NCBI GenBank assembly: GCA_951406725.2 | Contig: OX597832.1 | Coordinates: 26,350,001-26,414,000 of the forward strand | DNA length: 64,000 nt | Origin: Octopus vulgaris | Taxonomy: Eukaryota | Direction of reading: 5' to 3' | Part shown: positions 12,570-25,246 of the stretch, piece by piece | Layout: the number at the start of each line of letters is the position of its first letter | How positions within the stretch are numbered: the first letter of the stretch is position 1 | Translations under genes and position numbers: made by a program | The notes under the pieces: generated by a model | Told to the model about the DNA's origin: nothing | The model's database searches: none | What the model saw: only the letters and a program-made list of their open reading frames with translations

Positions 12570-13358
12570 GGTCCTCTTTCTGTCTAGCAAATCCACTGAC
12601 AAGAGTAAGGTCAAATATAGAGATGAAGATCAAATTTTTTTCTCTTCAAACAAGGATTTAAAGTTAGCATCTATTCTGGGTTACACTTTTGACACACGTG
12701 TGTGAGTTCCTGTGAGTACGTGTGTGTGTGTGTGTGTGTGTGTTTGTAACAGAAACGAATTAATATATAAGAGATGGAAGCAACACAATACAGACAAAAG
12801 CCAAGATTCAAACAGCGGGTCATGCTACAGCCAGCCTCCCCTGGCCCCTGTGCCGGTGGCACGTAAAAAGCACCCACTACACTCACGGAGTGGTTGGCGT
12901 TAGGAAGGGCATCCAGCTGTAGAAACACTGCCAGATCTGACTTGAGCCTGGTGCAGCCTCCTGGCTTCCCAGACCCCGGTCGAAATGTCCAACCCATGCT
13001 AGCACGGAAAACAGACGTTAAACGATGATGATGATGATGGATCATGCTGTTTTGAAAATGAAAAACAAAATTCATCAAGCCTTTGATCTTCCATGGAGTT
13101 GTGTTTTTCCCTCATCACCATCATCCTCATCATTTAACATCCATGTCCCATGCTGGCATGGGTTGAATGGTCAGTTAGAATTTGATGGTTCCAAGAACTG
13201 CATCATGTTCCGATATCTGCATTGACAGAGTTTCTACAGCTGGATTCCCTTCCAGCAGATCCTCTCAAATGATCCAACCCACGCCAGCATGGAACGTGGA
13301 CATTAAATAATGATGACGATGACGACGATAACAAGGATACCTGAAGAAAATATCTTAC

Positions 13359-13456
13359 CTGAGCCAGGTGATCACTCCTCTTCTGTGCTGAATCGTAGCT
13401 TGCTTTCAGCTCTTCTTCATTAAACACGGGAGGTTTCACAACTGAAACAGACATAT
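13359..13456 (-). CDS. GCC2: GCC2 exon: (D)MSVSVVKPPVFNEEELKASYDSAQKRSDHLAQ
   Basis: caacag/gtaag boundaries, 98 nt, phase 1 to 0. A second in-frame acceptor (tttcag) lies 12 nt inside. Confidence 0.88.
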
Positions 13457-14113
13457 CTGTTGAAATTAAACATCTGGGACCTGTCATTTAGGTCTCTCAC
13501 CATTAATAATAATAATGATAAAACAATATAAAACAGATGTGTATGTTCATTATAGGCATAATGACACTCTTGAGATCTATCAATCCATTTGGTTGCATGT
13601 ATTAGCTCTAGAATTGCCACAGTTATCCACTCTCCTCGCGGTGACAGTCAACAATTTTTTTACAAATTCATTGGTACTCTGGAGTTTCAAGAATGATGCT
13701 AGTCTTCAACCATTTTGAATTTGACAAATAGCATCACTCTTGAAACTCAAGAGTACCAATGAATTTGAATCAAACTGTTTTGATCACTCCTCTTCTGTGC
13801 TGTGGTGGTGGTAGCTTTAGCAGTAATGGTGGAGGTTGATAATGGTGGTGGTGGTGGTGATGATGGTGATGATAATGGTGGTGGTGGTGGTGGTGATGAT
13901 AATGATGACGACATGTGATTGATGAGGATGATGATGATAATGGTGATTGGGAGGATGGTAATAGTGGTGGTGTTTGATGATGATAGTGTTGGTGATGTGA
14001 TGCAGTGGATGGTAATAGTAGAGGTGTTTGATGATGATAAGATGAGATGAGGAGGAGGAAGATCATGATCACTGATGATGACAACTTTTTAAAAGCGAAA
14101 CCAAGCAACTTAC

Positions 14114-14183
14114 CATCTTGTTCCGGTTGAGTGAGAAGCTGTTCAAAGCTAACCAATGTAGACAAACCCGGATTGCTATTCCC
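14114..14183 (-). CDS. GCC2: GCC2 exon: GNSNPGLSTLVSFEQLLTQPEQD
   Basis: cttcag/gtaagt boundaries, 70 nt, S.EQLL..PE motif. Confidence 0.9.
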
Positions 14184-14369
14184 CTGAAGAGGAAACAAAA
14201 ATAAGAAAAAATTACATTCACTACAATAAAAGTTATTTTAAAATATTCCTGTGTCTTAAACTAAGAAACTCTCTAAATTTGAAATAAAAGTACATAGGTA
14301 AATATACCACATGATGGCACCATATTCAAGTACACACCGACACACAAGGCCTATATAGGTTTAACCATC

Positions 14370-14627
14370 AGTTCATTTAAAAGTAGATATAACATGCATA
14401 CTCATTCATTTCATAATGACACCAGAATTAATATAACTTCACTATCCAGTTATGTTTGGTAGTTTAGGAGAATTGCTACTATGTTCCTGTTCAACTCCTA
14501 TAGAATATCAAATCTCTCCAATTCCCCTAAACTACCAAACATAACTGGAGAGTGAAGTTATATTATTAATTCTGGTGTCATTATGAAATGAATGAGTATG
14601 CATGTTATATCTACTTTTAAATGAACT
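14370..14627. repeat. Foldback, ~105-bp near-perfect arms with ~40-bp spacer (MITE-like)
   Basis: AGTTCATTTAAAAGTAGATATAACATGC... versus ...GCATGTTATATCTACTTTTAAATGAACT. Confidence 0.85.
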
Positions 14628-14967
14628 TCATGAAATGAAGTTCATTTCTCTGAAAATGGGTACTAGCCCAATAGAAGGTGCAATAAAATGAAGTACCAGT
14701 CATACACCAGGGTCAGTGAAATCAACTTCCCCACCCCTCAAAAGCTGAGAATATTGAGAATTGTTAGTAGGTCAGGAAAAATGCTTAGTGGCATTTCTTC
14801 CGACTTTACATTCTGAGTTCAAATGATGATGGGGTTGACATTATCATTCATTCTTTCAGGGTCAATAAAATGAGAACCAATTGAACACTGGGGCCAATGT
14901 AATCGATAAGCTCGCTCCCTAAAATAGCTGACCTTGGGTCAAAATTTGAAATCATTATTAATCATTA

Positions 14968-15366
14968 CTAGCAGTATCGCCCGGCATTGCTCGGGTTTGT
15001 TTTCTTTTCGACCCTTTAGAATTGGAATTTTTGAAAAGTAAAAATTTTGCATTATGTAGCTTGTTATTCTCTTTAAGTGAACATTTTTCTGGTTGAAATA
15101 CACCGAAAAATGGCGACACAGCAGTCAAAAAATTGTAAAAAAATAGGGATTTTCATAGAAAAAAAAAGCATCATTTTGATGTAAATAATTTTTGGTGTTA
15201 ACATAGTCTGATTTGAATTTTATCTTCTACGGAATGAAGAGCAAGCCTTCCTCTATCATACTCTCAATTTTGGTCAACTTGCGCCGCAGGGTCTCGGAAG
15301 AGATAGTGTTAGATGAAGGCTACGAAACCTGCCACACACAGACAACTTCAGCTTTATACATAAAGA
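14968..15366 (-). mobile_element. Non-autonomous Helitron
   Basis: Minus strand A|TC...CCCGAGCAATGCCGGG hairpin...CTAG|T, with no TSD. These are canonical Helitron termini. Confidence 0.82.
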
Positions 15367-15370
15367 TTTA

Positions 15371-15601
15371 CGAGGGGGTGCTGAAAAGTTCCTGGCTTTA
15401 AGGGTATTGCAAAGGGCCTGGCTGGAGGCCCCAACCTTCTGGGTTCTTTTATAGGGTTTAGAAAAACTGAAGGGCCACTGCAAAAAGTGTGTGAATCTGA
15501 GAGAGGAATATGTTGAATAAAATCATAATTAACTGATTCTCCTGTATTTTTTTTTCACCCAAAGCCAAGAACTTTTCAGTCCCCCACCCCACCCCACCTC
15601 G
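15371..15601. mobile_element. Mariner-type MITE (second copy ~39888-40100)
   Basis: TA|CGAGGGGGTGCTGAAAAGTTCCTGGCTTT ... AAAGCCAAGAACTTTTCAG..CCTCG|TA. Confidence 0.8.
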
Positions 15602-16050
15602 TACAATTCCAACCATCTCAATGCCATATTACGTGTCTGTTGGCGTTGACTATGCCAAACATTGAATAACATCGGAAATGTCTGTTTTGGTCAGATTTTC
15701 TTTTGAGACAAACAGTGAACTGTTCTGATGTAATAACAACCACCATCATCACCAGCCACCCACACACCCACCCAGACTCTGCTCCATCCGATAAAAAGAA
15801 AATGGTAAGAGAAGAAAACAATAACATCTGCAATGCAGGGTGGATGGTGGCAGTTGGCTTCTGGGGTGGATATCATGTGGTTTCGATGGACAGTCGAAAT
15901 TAGCATAACATGGAGTAGGCATGAGGAAGAGTAGGTGGGCAGGTGGGGAAGTTTGGGTGAGAGAGAGATACAAACATACACACATTATTAGATGTATACA
16001 TAGCTAAGTAAGCAGGTACATACATACATATATATATACACACACACACA

Positions 16051-16088
<38 letters not shown>

Positions 16089-16320
16089 CACTCACACATA
16101 CATACATATATATATATACACACACACACATATATATACACACACATATATACACACACACATATATACACACACACACATATATATACACACACACACA
16201 CATATTTATACACACACACACATATTTATACACACACACATACACACACACACACATATATATATATACACACACATACACACACATATATACACACACA
16301 CATATATATACACACATACA

Positions 16321-16372
<52 letters not shown>

Positions 16373-16495
16373 CACACACACATATATATATGTAGAGAGA
16401 GAGAGAGACAAACAGACAGACAGACAGAGACATATAACATGTATACAAACATAGATGCATACATGAGCAGATACAAACACACACACATGTAATAC

Positions 16496-16534
<39 letters not shown>

Positions 16535-17044
16535 GGCAGGTGGGGAGTGAGACAGAATAGACACACAGACAGACATAAACAGAGAGACAGATGGATACAC
16601 ACACACACAGGTACGTAAGTAGATAGATAGATAGACAAACAGACAGACAGACGGCGAGATAACATCGACCTGCGCATATGTTATGCAAGGAAACTCAACA
16701 GTCTTCTGGGAGATTCTGGGTCCTTACATTTCTGCCGCTTCCCAATACTGTCAGAGTGTGTGTGTGTTGAAGCATGTGTGTGTATACATGTGAGCGTATG
16801 AATGTGCTTCTATGAATGCGTGCAACTGTCAATGTGGAGATTAAAATCTAAATGTGACTGGCATCACAATTTTTGGTTAGATTTAAAAGATTTCTAACAT
16901 TTTCGGTTCGGCGTCGCTCATCCACCCTAACCCTCTCCACCCAAACCCCACCCCTCTCTCTCTCTGTATTTTTTTTTTTTTTCAATTTTTAATTAGACTT
17001 GCAATTCGTCAATTTAAGCCAATTTACATATTTTTTTGCTGCCG

Positions 17045-18180
17045 GTGTTGATGTTGTTAGTGTTGGTGTTGTTGTTGTTGCTGTTGGTGGTGGTGGTGGA
17101 ATGAGGTTGTTGGTGGTGATGCCACTGCTGTTGATGGTAGTGATGGTTTTGTTGTTAGTGATGATGATGATGATGACAAAGATGAAGTTGATGTTGTTCT
17201 TGGTATGGTAAGAGGAATGGCAATACCAGCAGATGTTTTTGTCATTGTCGTTATTATTGGTGGTGGTGGTGTTGGTGGTGATAGTGATGGTGGTGGTAAT
17301 GATGATCATGGTGATGGTGATGATAGTGGTGGTGATGGTGGTGGTGGTGGTGGTGGTGGTGGTAATGATGATGGTGGTGGTGGTGATGATAGTGGTGGTG
17401 ATGGTAATGATGGCGGGTGTGGTGGTGGTGATGGTAATGATGATGATGGTGGTGGTGGTGGTGGTGGTGATGATGATGGTGGTGGTGGTGGTGGTGATGA
17501 TGATGGTGGTGGTGGTGATGATGATGATGGTGGTGGTGGTGATGATGATGATGGTGGTGATGGTAATGATGGCGGGGGTGGTGGTGGTGATGGTAATGAT
17601 GATGGTAGTGGTGGTGGTGGTAATGATGATGGTAGTGGTGGTGGTGGTGGTGATGATGATGGTGGTGGTGGTGGTGGTGGTGATGATAGTGGTGGTGATG
17701 GTAATGATGATGGTGGTGGTGGTGGTGATGATGATGGTGGTGGTGGTGATGATAGTGGTGGTGATGGTAATGATGGCGGGGGTGGTGGTGGTGATGGTAA
17801 TGATGATGGTGATGATGATGGTGGTGGTGGTGGTGATGATAGTGGTGGTGATGGTAATGATGATGGTGGTGGTGGTGGTGGTGGTGATGATGATGATGAT
17901 GGTGGTGGTGGTAGTTGTAATGATGGTGGTGGTGATGGTAATGATGGTGGTGGTGGTGGTGGTGGTGGTAACAGCAATGATGGTTGTCGTGGTGGTAGTG
18001 ATAACATTGGTGTTGTCATTAACGATGGAGGAGGCAATGATGATGTCAAAGGCAGTAGAGGCGATGATGACAACGACGACGACGATGTCAGTGGTCTGAG
18101 TAGTGATGCTGTTGTTGTTGTTGGTGGTGGTGGTGTTGTTGTTGGTGGTGGTGGTAGTGGTGGTGCTCGTGGTGGTTTCC
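17045..18180. repeat. Compound (GGT/GAT)n trinucleotide array, ~1.1 kb
   Basis: Directly visible, with a recurring GGTGATGGTAATGATGGCGGG higher-order motif. Confidence 0.92.
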
Positions 18181-18444
18181 AAAGATGTCAGTCAAAACAT
18201 TTTCGAATGCATTTCATTAAGTCAGAAATTACCAAACGGATCAAAATTTAATCAGTGTGCCAAACAAGACGAGAGAGTAACGAGGGAGTGAGTGAGTGCA
18301 CTTCAAGTTAATGAAAACGGCCATCACGGCAAAAGTTTCTTTTAACGAGAGATAACGAAGCTCAATGCTTGTCGATAATATTTAATTGTTTCACAGAAAA
18401 TAGACTTTCACAGTTATTCCATCCATAAATACTCAGACTCTGGT

Positions 18445-19000
18445 CGTGGCTGTGTGGTAAGAGTCTTGATTCCCAACCACGTGGTTCCAGGTTCAGTCCC
18501 ACTGTGTGGCACCTTGGGCAAGTGTCTTCTACTATAGCCTCGAGCCAAACCAAAGCCTTGTGAGTGAATTTGGTAGATGGAAACTGAAAGAAGCCCACCA
18601 AGGCGCAGGAGTGGCTGTGTGGTAAGTAGCTTGCTAACCAACCACATGGTTCCGGGTTCAGTCCCACTGCGTGACATCTTGGGCAAGTGTCTTCTGCTAT
18701 AGCCCCGGGCCGACCAAAGCCTTGTGAGTGGATTTGGTAGACGGAAACTGAAAAGAAGCCTGTCGTATATATGTATGTATGTGTGTGTTTGTGTGTCTGT
18801 GTTTGTCCCCCTAGCATTGCTTGACAACCGATGCTGGTGTGTTTACGTCCCCGTCACTTAGCGGTTCGGCAAAAGAGACCGATAGAATAAGTACTGGGCT
18901 TACAAAAAATAAGTCCCGGGGTCGATTTGGTCGACTAAAGGCGGTGCTCCAGCATGACCGCAGTCAAATGACTGAAACAAGTAAAAGAGTAAAGAGTAAG
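18445..19000 (+). mobile_element. SINE family A: 5' half copy followed directly by a full copy (from 18602)
   Basis: Two successive GTGGCTGTGTGGTAAG heads. Confidence 0.88.
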
Positions 19001-20041
19001 AGTATGTGTGTGTGTGCCTGTGTCTTTGTGTCTGTGTTTGTCTCCACAACCAGTGTTGGTTTGTTTACGTCCCCATAATTCAATGGTTCAGCAAGAGAAA
19101 CTGATGGAATGAATATTAGACTTCAAAAATTTAAAAAAAAAAAAAATTAAAAAAGAAGCAAGTACTGGGTTTGATTTGTTCAACCCAAACCCTTCGTGGT
19201 GGTGCTCCAGCATGGCCACGGTCCAATGAAGAAAACAAGGAAGAGATAAAATAGAAAAAAAATAAAATAAAATTGTAAAATCTAAACTAAAACAAATGAA
19301 AAAAAAAAGCTAAAATAAAAGAACAAAAAAAACAAAAAAATTCAGAAATATTCCAAGATGCACCGAAGAATGATTGAAGATCTTCCGAAGAACAGGAAGC
19401 AATGGTAACAACAACAACAAGAACAACAATGAGAGAAAGATGTGACAAGAATAAGGACTACGGAGGAAGAGGAGCCGAGCAGAGTGGCCATCGATGGGGA
19501 AACGCAATTCTTGTGAAGTGGGTTTTTGCAGTCAAATATGGACGGGTGAAGCAGTGAGGGAAAGGAAATCAGATGTGTTCCTCTCTTGGTCTCTCTTTGC
19601 AAAGCTAAGGAATTGGATGACACACGTGGGTGTGGGAGGGGGGGACAGAGAGAAAGAGAGAGGGGGAAGGACGGAAGGGAGGAGGAAGGGAGAGAGAAAG
19701 AGTGACTGGAAAGAATGATGAGAGAATGAACGGAGTAAATTTAGATGTCGATGTGTATATAGGAATGGGAAAACTACATATACATATATGCGTGTGTGTG
19801 TGTGTGTGTGTATGTATTCATATATACATATACATATACATATATACATATATGCATATACATCATCATCATCATCATCGTCGTTTAACGTCCGTTCTCC
19901 ATGCTAGCATGGGTTGGACATATACATATATACATATACATATATACATATACACATATACACATATATACATATATATACATATCCACATATACATATA
20001 TACATATATATATACACATATACATATACACATATACATAT

Positions 20042-20072
<31 letters not shown>

Positions 20073-20186
20073 CATATATATTAATAATAATAATATGATA
20101 ACAAAAGAATGAATGAGACCTCGATATTATGTCAAAAAAGAAGGAATCTAATCTATACATATAATTATTTAATATATTTAATTTAT

Positions 20187-20245
20187 ATAAAACTCAGAGT
20201 TTCGGGTGCTAGGGCTGAGGTCTGCTCTGGCATCTCCTCAGTTAT
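20187..20245 (-). ncRNA. Hammerhead-like motif, degenerate stem II
   Basis: Minus strand: ATAA CTGAGGA GATGCCAGAGC agacctca GCCCTAGCACCC GAA ACTCTGAGT T TTAT. Confidence 0.6.
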
Positions 20246-20357
20246 TAACACAAAAACCAAAAGAGTAAAGAGTATATGATCCGGTTCTTTACTATAAAAT
20301 TAGAGGATTCAATCCTAAATCTGATTTTTCCCTGTAAATTTGGATTTATTGTTAATT

Positions 20358-20388
<31 letters not shown>

Positions 20389-20535
20389 TAATAATAATGA
20401 CAACAAACGAATATATATCATCATCATCATTTAGCGTCTGCTTTCCATGCTAGCATGGGTTGAATTGTTCAACTGGGGTCTGGGAAGCCAGAAGGCTGCA
20501 CCAGGCCCAGTCTGATCTGGCAATGTTTCTACGGC

Positions 20536-20573
<38 letters not shown>

Positions 20574-20660
20574 AGAATTCACAAAAAAAACAAAAGAGAA
20601 AGACAGATGGTGTAGACAACAAACAGATGTATTAGTTTAACGCTCGGAAAGTGAAAAAGT

Positions 20661-20696
20661 CTTTAACGTTTCGAGCCTACACTCTTCCACAGAAAG
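20661..20696 (-). ncRNA. Minimal hammerhead-like motif, variant core
   Basis: Minus strand: CTTT CTGTGGA A GAGT gtag GCTC GAA ACGT T AAAG. Confidence 0.55.
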
Positions 20697-22282
20697 GAAA
20701 ACAGAAATAAACAGGGAGAGAAAATAAAGAATGTGTAGTGGCTAGTGATCTATCATGGCGAATGCCAGATATATATATATAACATGCACATACATACAAA
20801 CATACATACAAATACATATATATATATATGTTCATGTATACACATGTATATGGCTGTTTTACATCTGTATCTGGCCTTCCTGTTTCTTAAACGAGGGACA
20901 TATTCATACGGCACAGAATGTTTTTTACCTCAATAGACGTCAGTGATTGGTTGAAATTGCAGAAATTGAAGAAAAATAAACAACAAATATCTTAAAAACT
21001 ATAGAATTTTCTCAATAAAGCCAAGAGAAAAAGATGTTTTATAAACACATTCTACCAGTATACGAAGTTTGAAATTTTTTAGTTACCTAGAAATTATGTT
21101 AAAAACTACCATTCAAACCGAAAAAATCCGCTCTATGCTTATAAAACTTTACAGAAGACACACACACACACACACACACACACAGAGGGACACAGGTTTA
21201 TATACACACGTAGATACTTTGTCAAAACCACAGAAGGTAACTCTGGTTTCTCAACAAGTAAATGGAATTCAAACTATCGTATTTCAAATAAACAAGGAAG
21301 GAAGGAAAAATGGTAAAAAAACAAAAAAGGTAAAGATGAAAGATGAAAAAAAAGGTAAAGAAAGAAAGAAAGAAAATGAAAGGAAACGATGATAAGTGTG
21401 TACGTAAATGAGATGAAATACTCAGAAAAGAAAAGAAAAGAAGAAAAAATTATATATCAGCCATTGAAAAGATATCATCTGGAAATGGATAAAAGACAAT
21501 TTACCATTGTGCCATGGAGATGAGATATGAATGGTTCCTTGTGACGTAACTTGAAGAACAGAAGATAATGCAAGAGATAGAACAAAATAAATGTTAGAAT
21601 TGGCAACAAATACAAAACTGCAACATTTTGTTTTGATATAAACACCGTGTATGATCGAAGTTCTTTTTATAGGTTTTAATGTCAGTGAGAATAAGAAAAA
21701 AATGAAATATTATCCGGAAGGAGAAACAGATATTGCAGTAAATATTGGCAAAGAGTGGGACACAGTTCCAGGTTCAATCCCAGGTTCAATACGGCACCTT
21801 GGTCAAGGGTCTTTCTTCTACTATAGCCTCAGCCTGACCAATGCCTTGTAAGGGAATTTCATAAATGGAAACTGTGAGGAAGCTCATTGTTTGTGCATAT
21901 ATGTATACACATATATATATATATATACATACATGTATATATTCTTTTATTCTTTTACTTGTTTCAATCATTTTGACCATGGCCATGCTGGGGCACTGTC
22001 TTGAAGGGTTTTAGTCGAAAAGTTGACCCCAGAACATATTTTTTTAAGCCTAACACTATCAGTCCCTTTTGCTGAACTGCTGAGTTATAGGGGACATAAA
22101 CACACCAACAGCAGTTGTCAAGTGTTCATGGGGGTACAAACACAGACACAAAGACACACACACATATATATATATAAATATATATTTTCGGGATTAAATA
22201 AAAAAAACAAACAGAAAAATGACAAATGTGTAGTAAAATAAGACATATATATACATAGATATATATGTATATGTGTGTCTGT

Positions 22283-22319
<37 letters not shown>

Positions 22320-23630
22320 ATATAAATTGGACATGGGCGATCGTTGTATTCTTTCTTGTCTTGAGGTTCACAGACAAATAGCTGGGTGGATTCACGTGAA
22401 AAATGGCACACATGTGGAGACGGGTACATAGATTGGAATGTGGTTTGTTTTCCCTAGCCCCCATAGTTACCAAGAAAATCAATTAAAACATTTTCTAATA
22501 GAATACCCTCTTTGTTCTGCCATTAAAAGAACCAGTTACTCACACAGCCGACATATACCATTTTGCTAGCAACAAGGGGAGTATAGGATGACAGTCCACC
22601 AAAACTTTTGCTATGCTGTCTCTCTTCTTTCACCTCTTTGTGGGGTTAATAATCTTAATCTTTAGTTACAGTTTCTCATTCAAACTACATAATACGCAGA
22701 AATGTCAGATTAAGACAGTAGGATGTTTTGAGGGACATTTCGCTGCTATTTCTACCAGATCTTTATATATTTTATTCACAATTTTTATAGATTTAATACA
22801 CAGAACTCTCCCTCTTTGCCTTGCCATCTTTTTCTCTCTTCTTTTTTCTTTCGCACTTTTCTTTTCAACTTTAGAAAGGTTAAGGAATGGAGAAAAAAAA
22901 ACTCAATTTAAAAAAAAACCTTACACATTTCATGCACCACCACCTCTGTCTCCCCTTCCCTTCCCCACCCCTCAACTAATCACGTGGAAGCGTTACAGAC
23001 GGGCTAAGTAACGAAGTGACAAGTAGAATTATTATAAGACAATAATGCTTTCTAGAATAAGAACACGGCCTGAAGTTTGGGGAGTAAAGATTAGCTGATC
23101 CCCTGAGGGCAGCACATCACTCATCCTTTATTTTATAAATCTCGAAATGATGAAAGATAAAGTCAACCTCTCAACATGGTTTTGAACTCACAGCGTACAC
23201 AGATCAAAAGAGATTCACAAAAACGTTTTCTCCAATCCTCTAACGATTCCACCAGCTCCTTGCCATGTTTGAATACTCATCGCTCGACACTTGAAAATAA
23301 TAACCGACACAAGGAGGGGGGGGGGAATATATCAGAAGAAGTTTTCCCCTCTTATGTCATTGCATTCATTGTTATGTGGGATGTGAGAAGGAATGTGTAT
23401 GGAAGACCAGAAGCACCAGCATACAAACAGAAACGTGTACACACTCAGCTCGTTGTGTAGCTGAATGTTGCACTGACTGACTTCCATAATTTTCAATCTT
23501 TCTCTTGGGGGGAAACTTAATCTCTAATGTGCCAAGGAAAAAAATCATCACTGAGAAACATTAAACGAATTGGGAACTGAAGAAGTCTTCTATATGTGTG
23601 TGTGTGTGTGTGAATGAGAGAGAGAAAGAG

Positions 23631-23674
<44 letters not shown>

Positions 23675-23786
23675 CATGCACATATATGCATAAGTGTGTA
23701 TATGATACCCACATACAAACACAGACATTGAATGATAATGATATATACATACATACATACACACACAAATATATATATGTGCTTAT

Positions 23787-23821
<35 letters not shown>

Positions 23822-23954
23822 CACAAACACATCATCATTTATTGTCTGCTTTCCATGCAGGCAGCGGCGGCGGCGGCAGCAGCAGCAGCAGCAGCAACAA
23901 CAACAACACCAACACCAACAACAACAATATAAGAGGAGGAGGAGGGGGACAGCA

Positions 23955-24528
23955 GCCCAGATGCAGTACCAGGCAGTGGCTCTCATGGCTTCTGATCTTA
24001 ACTGATTGGAAGTGTTATCATGTACATTGTTTTGTCTTGGTATAAAAGATGGGCTACAGCAAATATTCTGCTCAATACCACAGATTTGCTTGTCAGTTGT
24101 TTGACCTTAACCAGTTGAGCATGTCCCTTAGTGGCTGATGATATGTGCATTTCTGATCACGAGCAGAAGTAGTGGGGGAGCATCATAGCCATGTGCTGAG
24201 AGGGATTCTTTGGGGTTTGAATAATTCACCTCTGGAAACATGGGTGTTTCGTTCAACATCCTTAAAAAACAACCCTTATTCAGGGACCTTTTGAATGGGA
24301 TGGGCTACTCGACATGAAGGAAAAATTCTAACTGGGTCCCACCTGCAAGGTCATGTGCTGTTTATCTTGATAGCAGATCACCATGTCGCACACATATGGT
24401 TGTGATGCACGTGTCTGGTGTACCCTTATCAAACGGATAGTCATGACGGGTATACTGGGCTTCGTATATTTTACTCCAATGTCACTTTGATGGCATGCAT
24501 TGCTCTCTCACGCAATAATAATAATAAT
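23955..24528 (+). mobile_element. Retroposon family D (~570 bp, (AAT)n tail, no tRNA head)
   Basis: Highly similar copy at 42435-43006. 5'-truncated copies at 54934-55295 and 38943-39020. Confidence 0.85.
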
Positions 24529-25210
24529 GGTTTCAGATTTTGCCCCAAGGGCAGCAATTTTAGGAGACATGGTTAAGTTGATTAAATTGACTAGTGCTTA
24601 ACTGGTTCTTATTTGATTAACCCTGAGAGAATAAAAAAGAAACTTGGTCTCAGCATGACTTGAACCCAGAATATAAAGAGCTGGGAAAATGCTGCATTTT
24701 GTTCAATACCAGCTCATTGAATAATAATAATGGTTTCAGATTTTGGCACAAAGCCAGCAACTTCAGGGGAGGAGGTACCCAACTGGTATTTATTTTGTTG
24801 ATCCCCAAAATAAGGCTCAGTGGCACCATGGGCAAATGTCTTCTATTATAGTGCTGGGCTGACCAAAGTTCTGTAAGTGGATTTGCTAGAGGGTAACTGA
24901 AGGGAAGCCTTGATAACTGGTGTTGGTTTGTTTACGTCCCTATAACTTAGCAATTTGGTAAAAGAGACTGATAGAATAAATACTGGGGTGAATTTGTTCG
25001 ATGAAGCCCCTCAGGACAATGCCCCAGCATGGCCACAGTCTAATGACTAAAACATAAAAGATAGAAATAGGGTAAAAAAAAGAAAGATATAAATCTGGAT
25101 GAATAAACAAATAAATAAAGGAATGGTAAGGACTAATGAATGAAGGATTAATGAATGGAGAAGTTGTTTCAGAGAATGGAATCAAAGAAAACTGAGAAAC
25201 TATTTCTTAC

Positions 25211-25246
25211 CCGATGGAAGGATTCCGTGTCAACAAACTCCATACC
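25211..25246 (-). CDS. GCC2: GCC2 small exon: GMEFVDTESFHR
   Basis: tttgtag/gtaag boundaries, 36 nt. Continues ...QGE|GME..DTES as in vertebrate EGEGMETTDTES. Confidence 0.9.

Noticed and set aside
16989-18251. Long ORFs of 255-397 aa (poly-T/I, G/D, V/M, P/S)
   Set aside because: A pure GGT/GAT microsatellite that is open in several frames on both strands, intronic, with no credible splice or coding signal.
22544-22685. Possible extra GCC2 exon ending in a strong gtgagt donor
   Set aside because: Using the nearest good acceptor gives stops, the peptide is not GCC2-like, and the flanking exons already join in frame.
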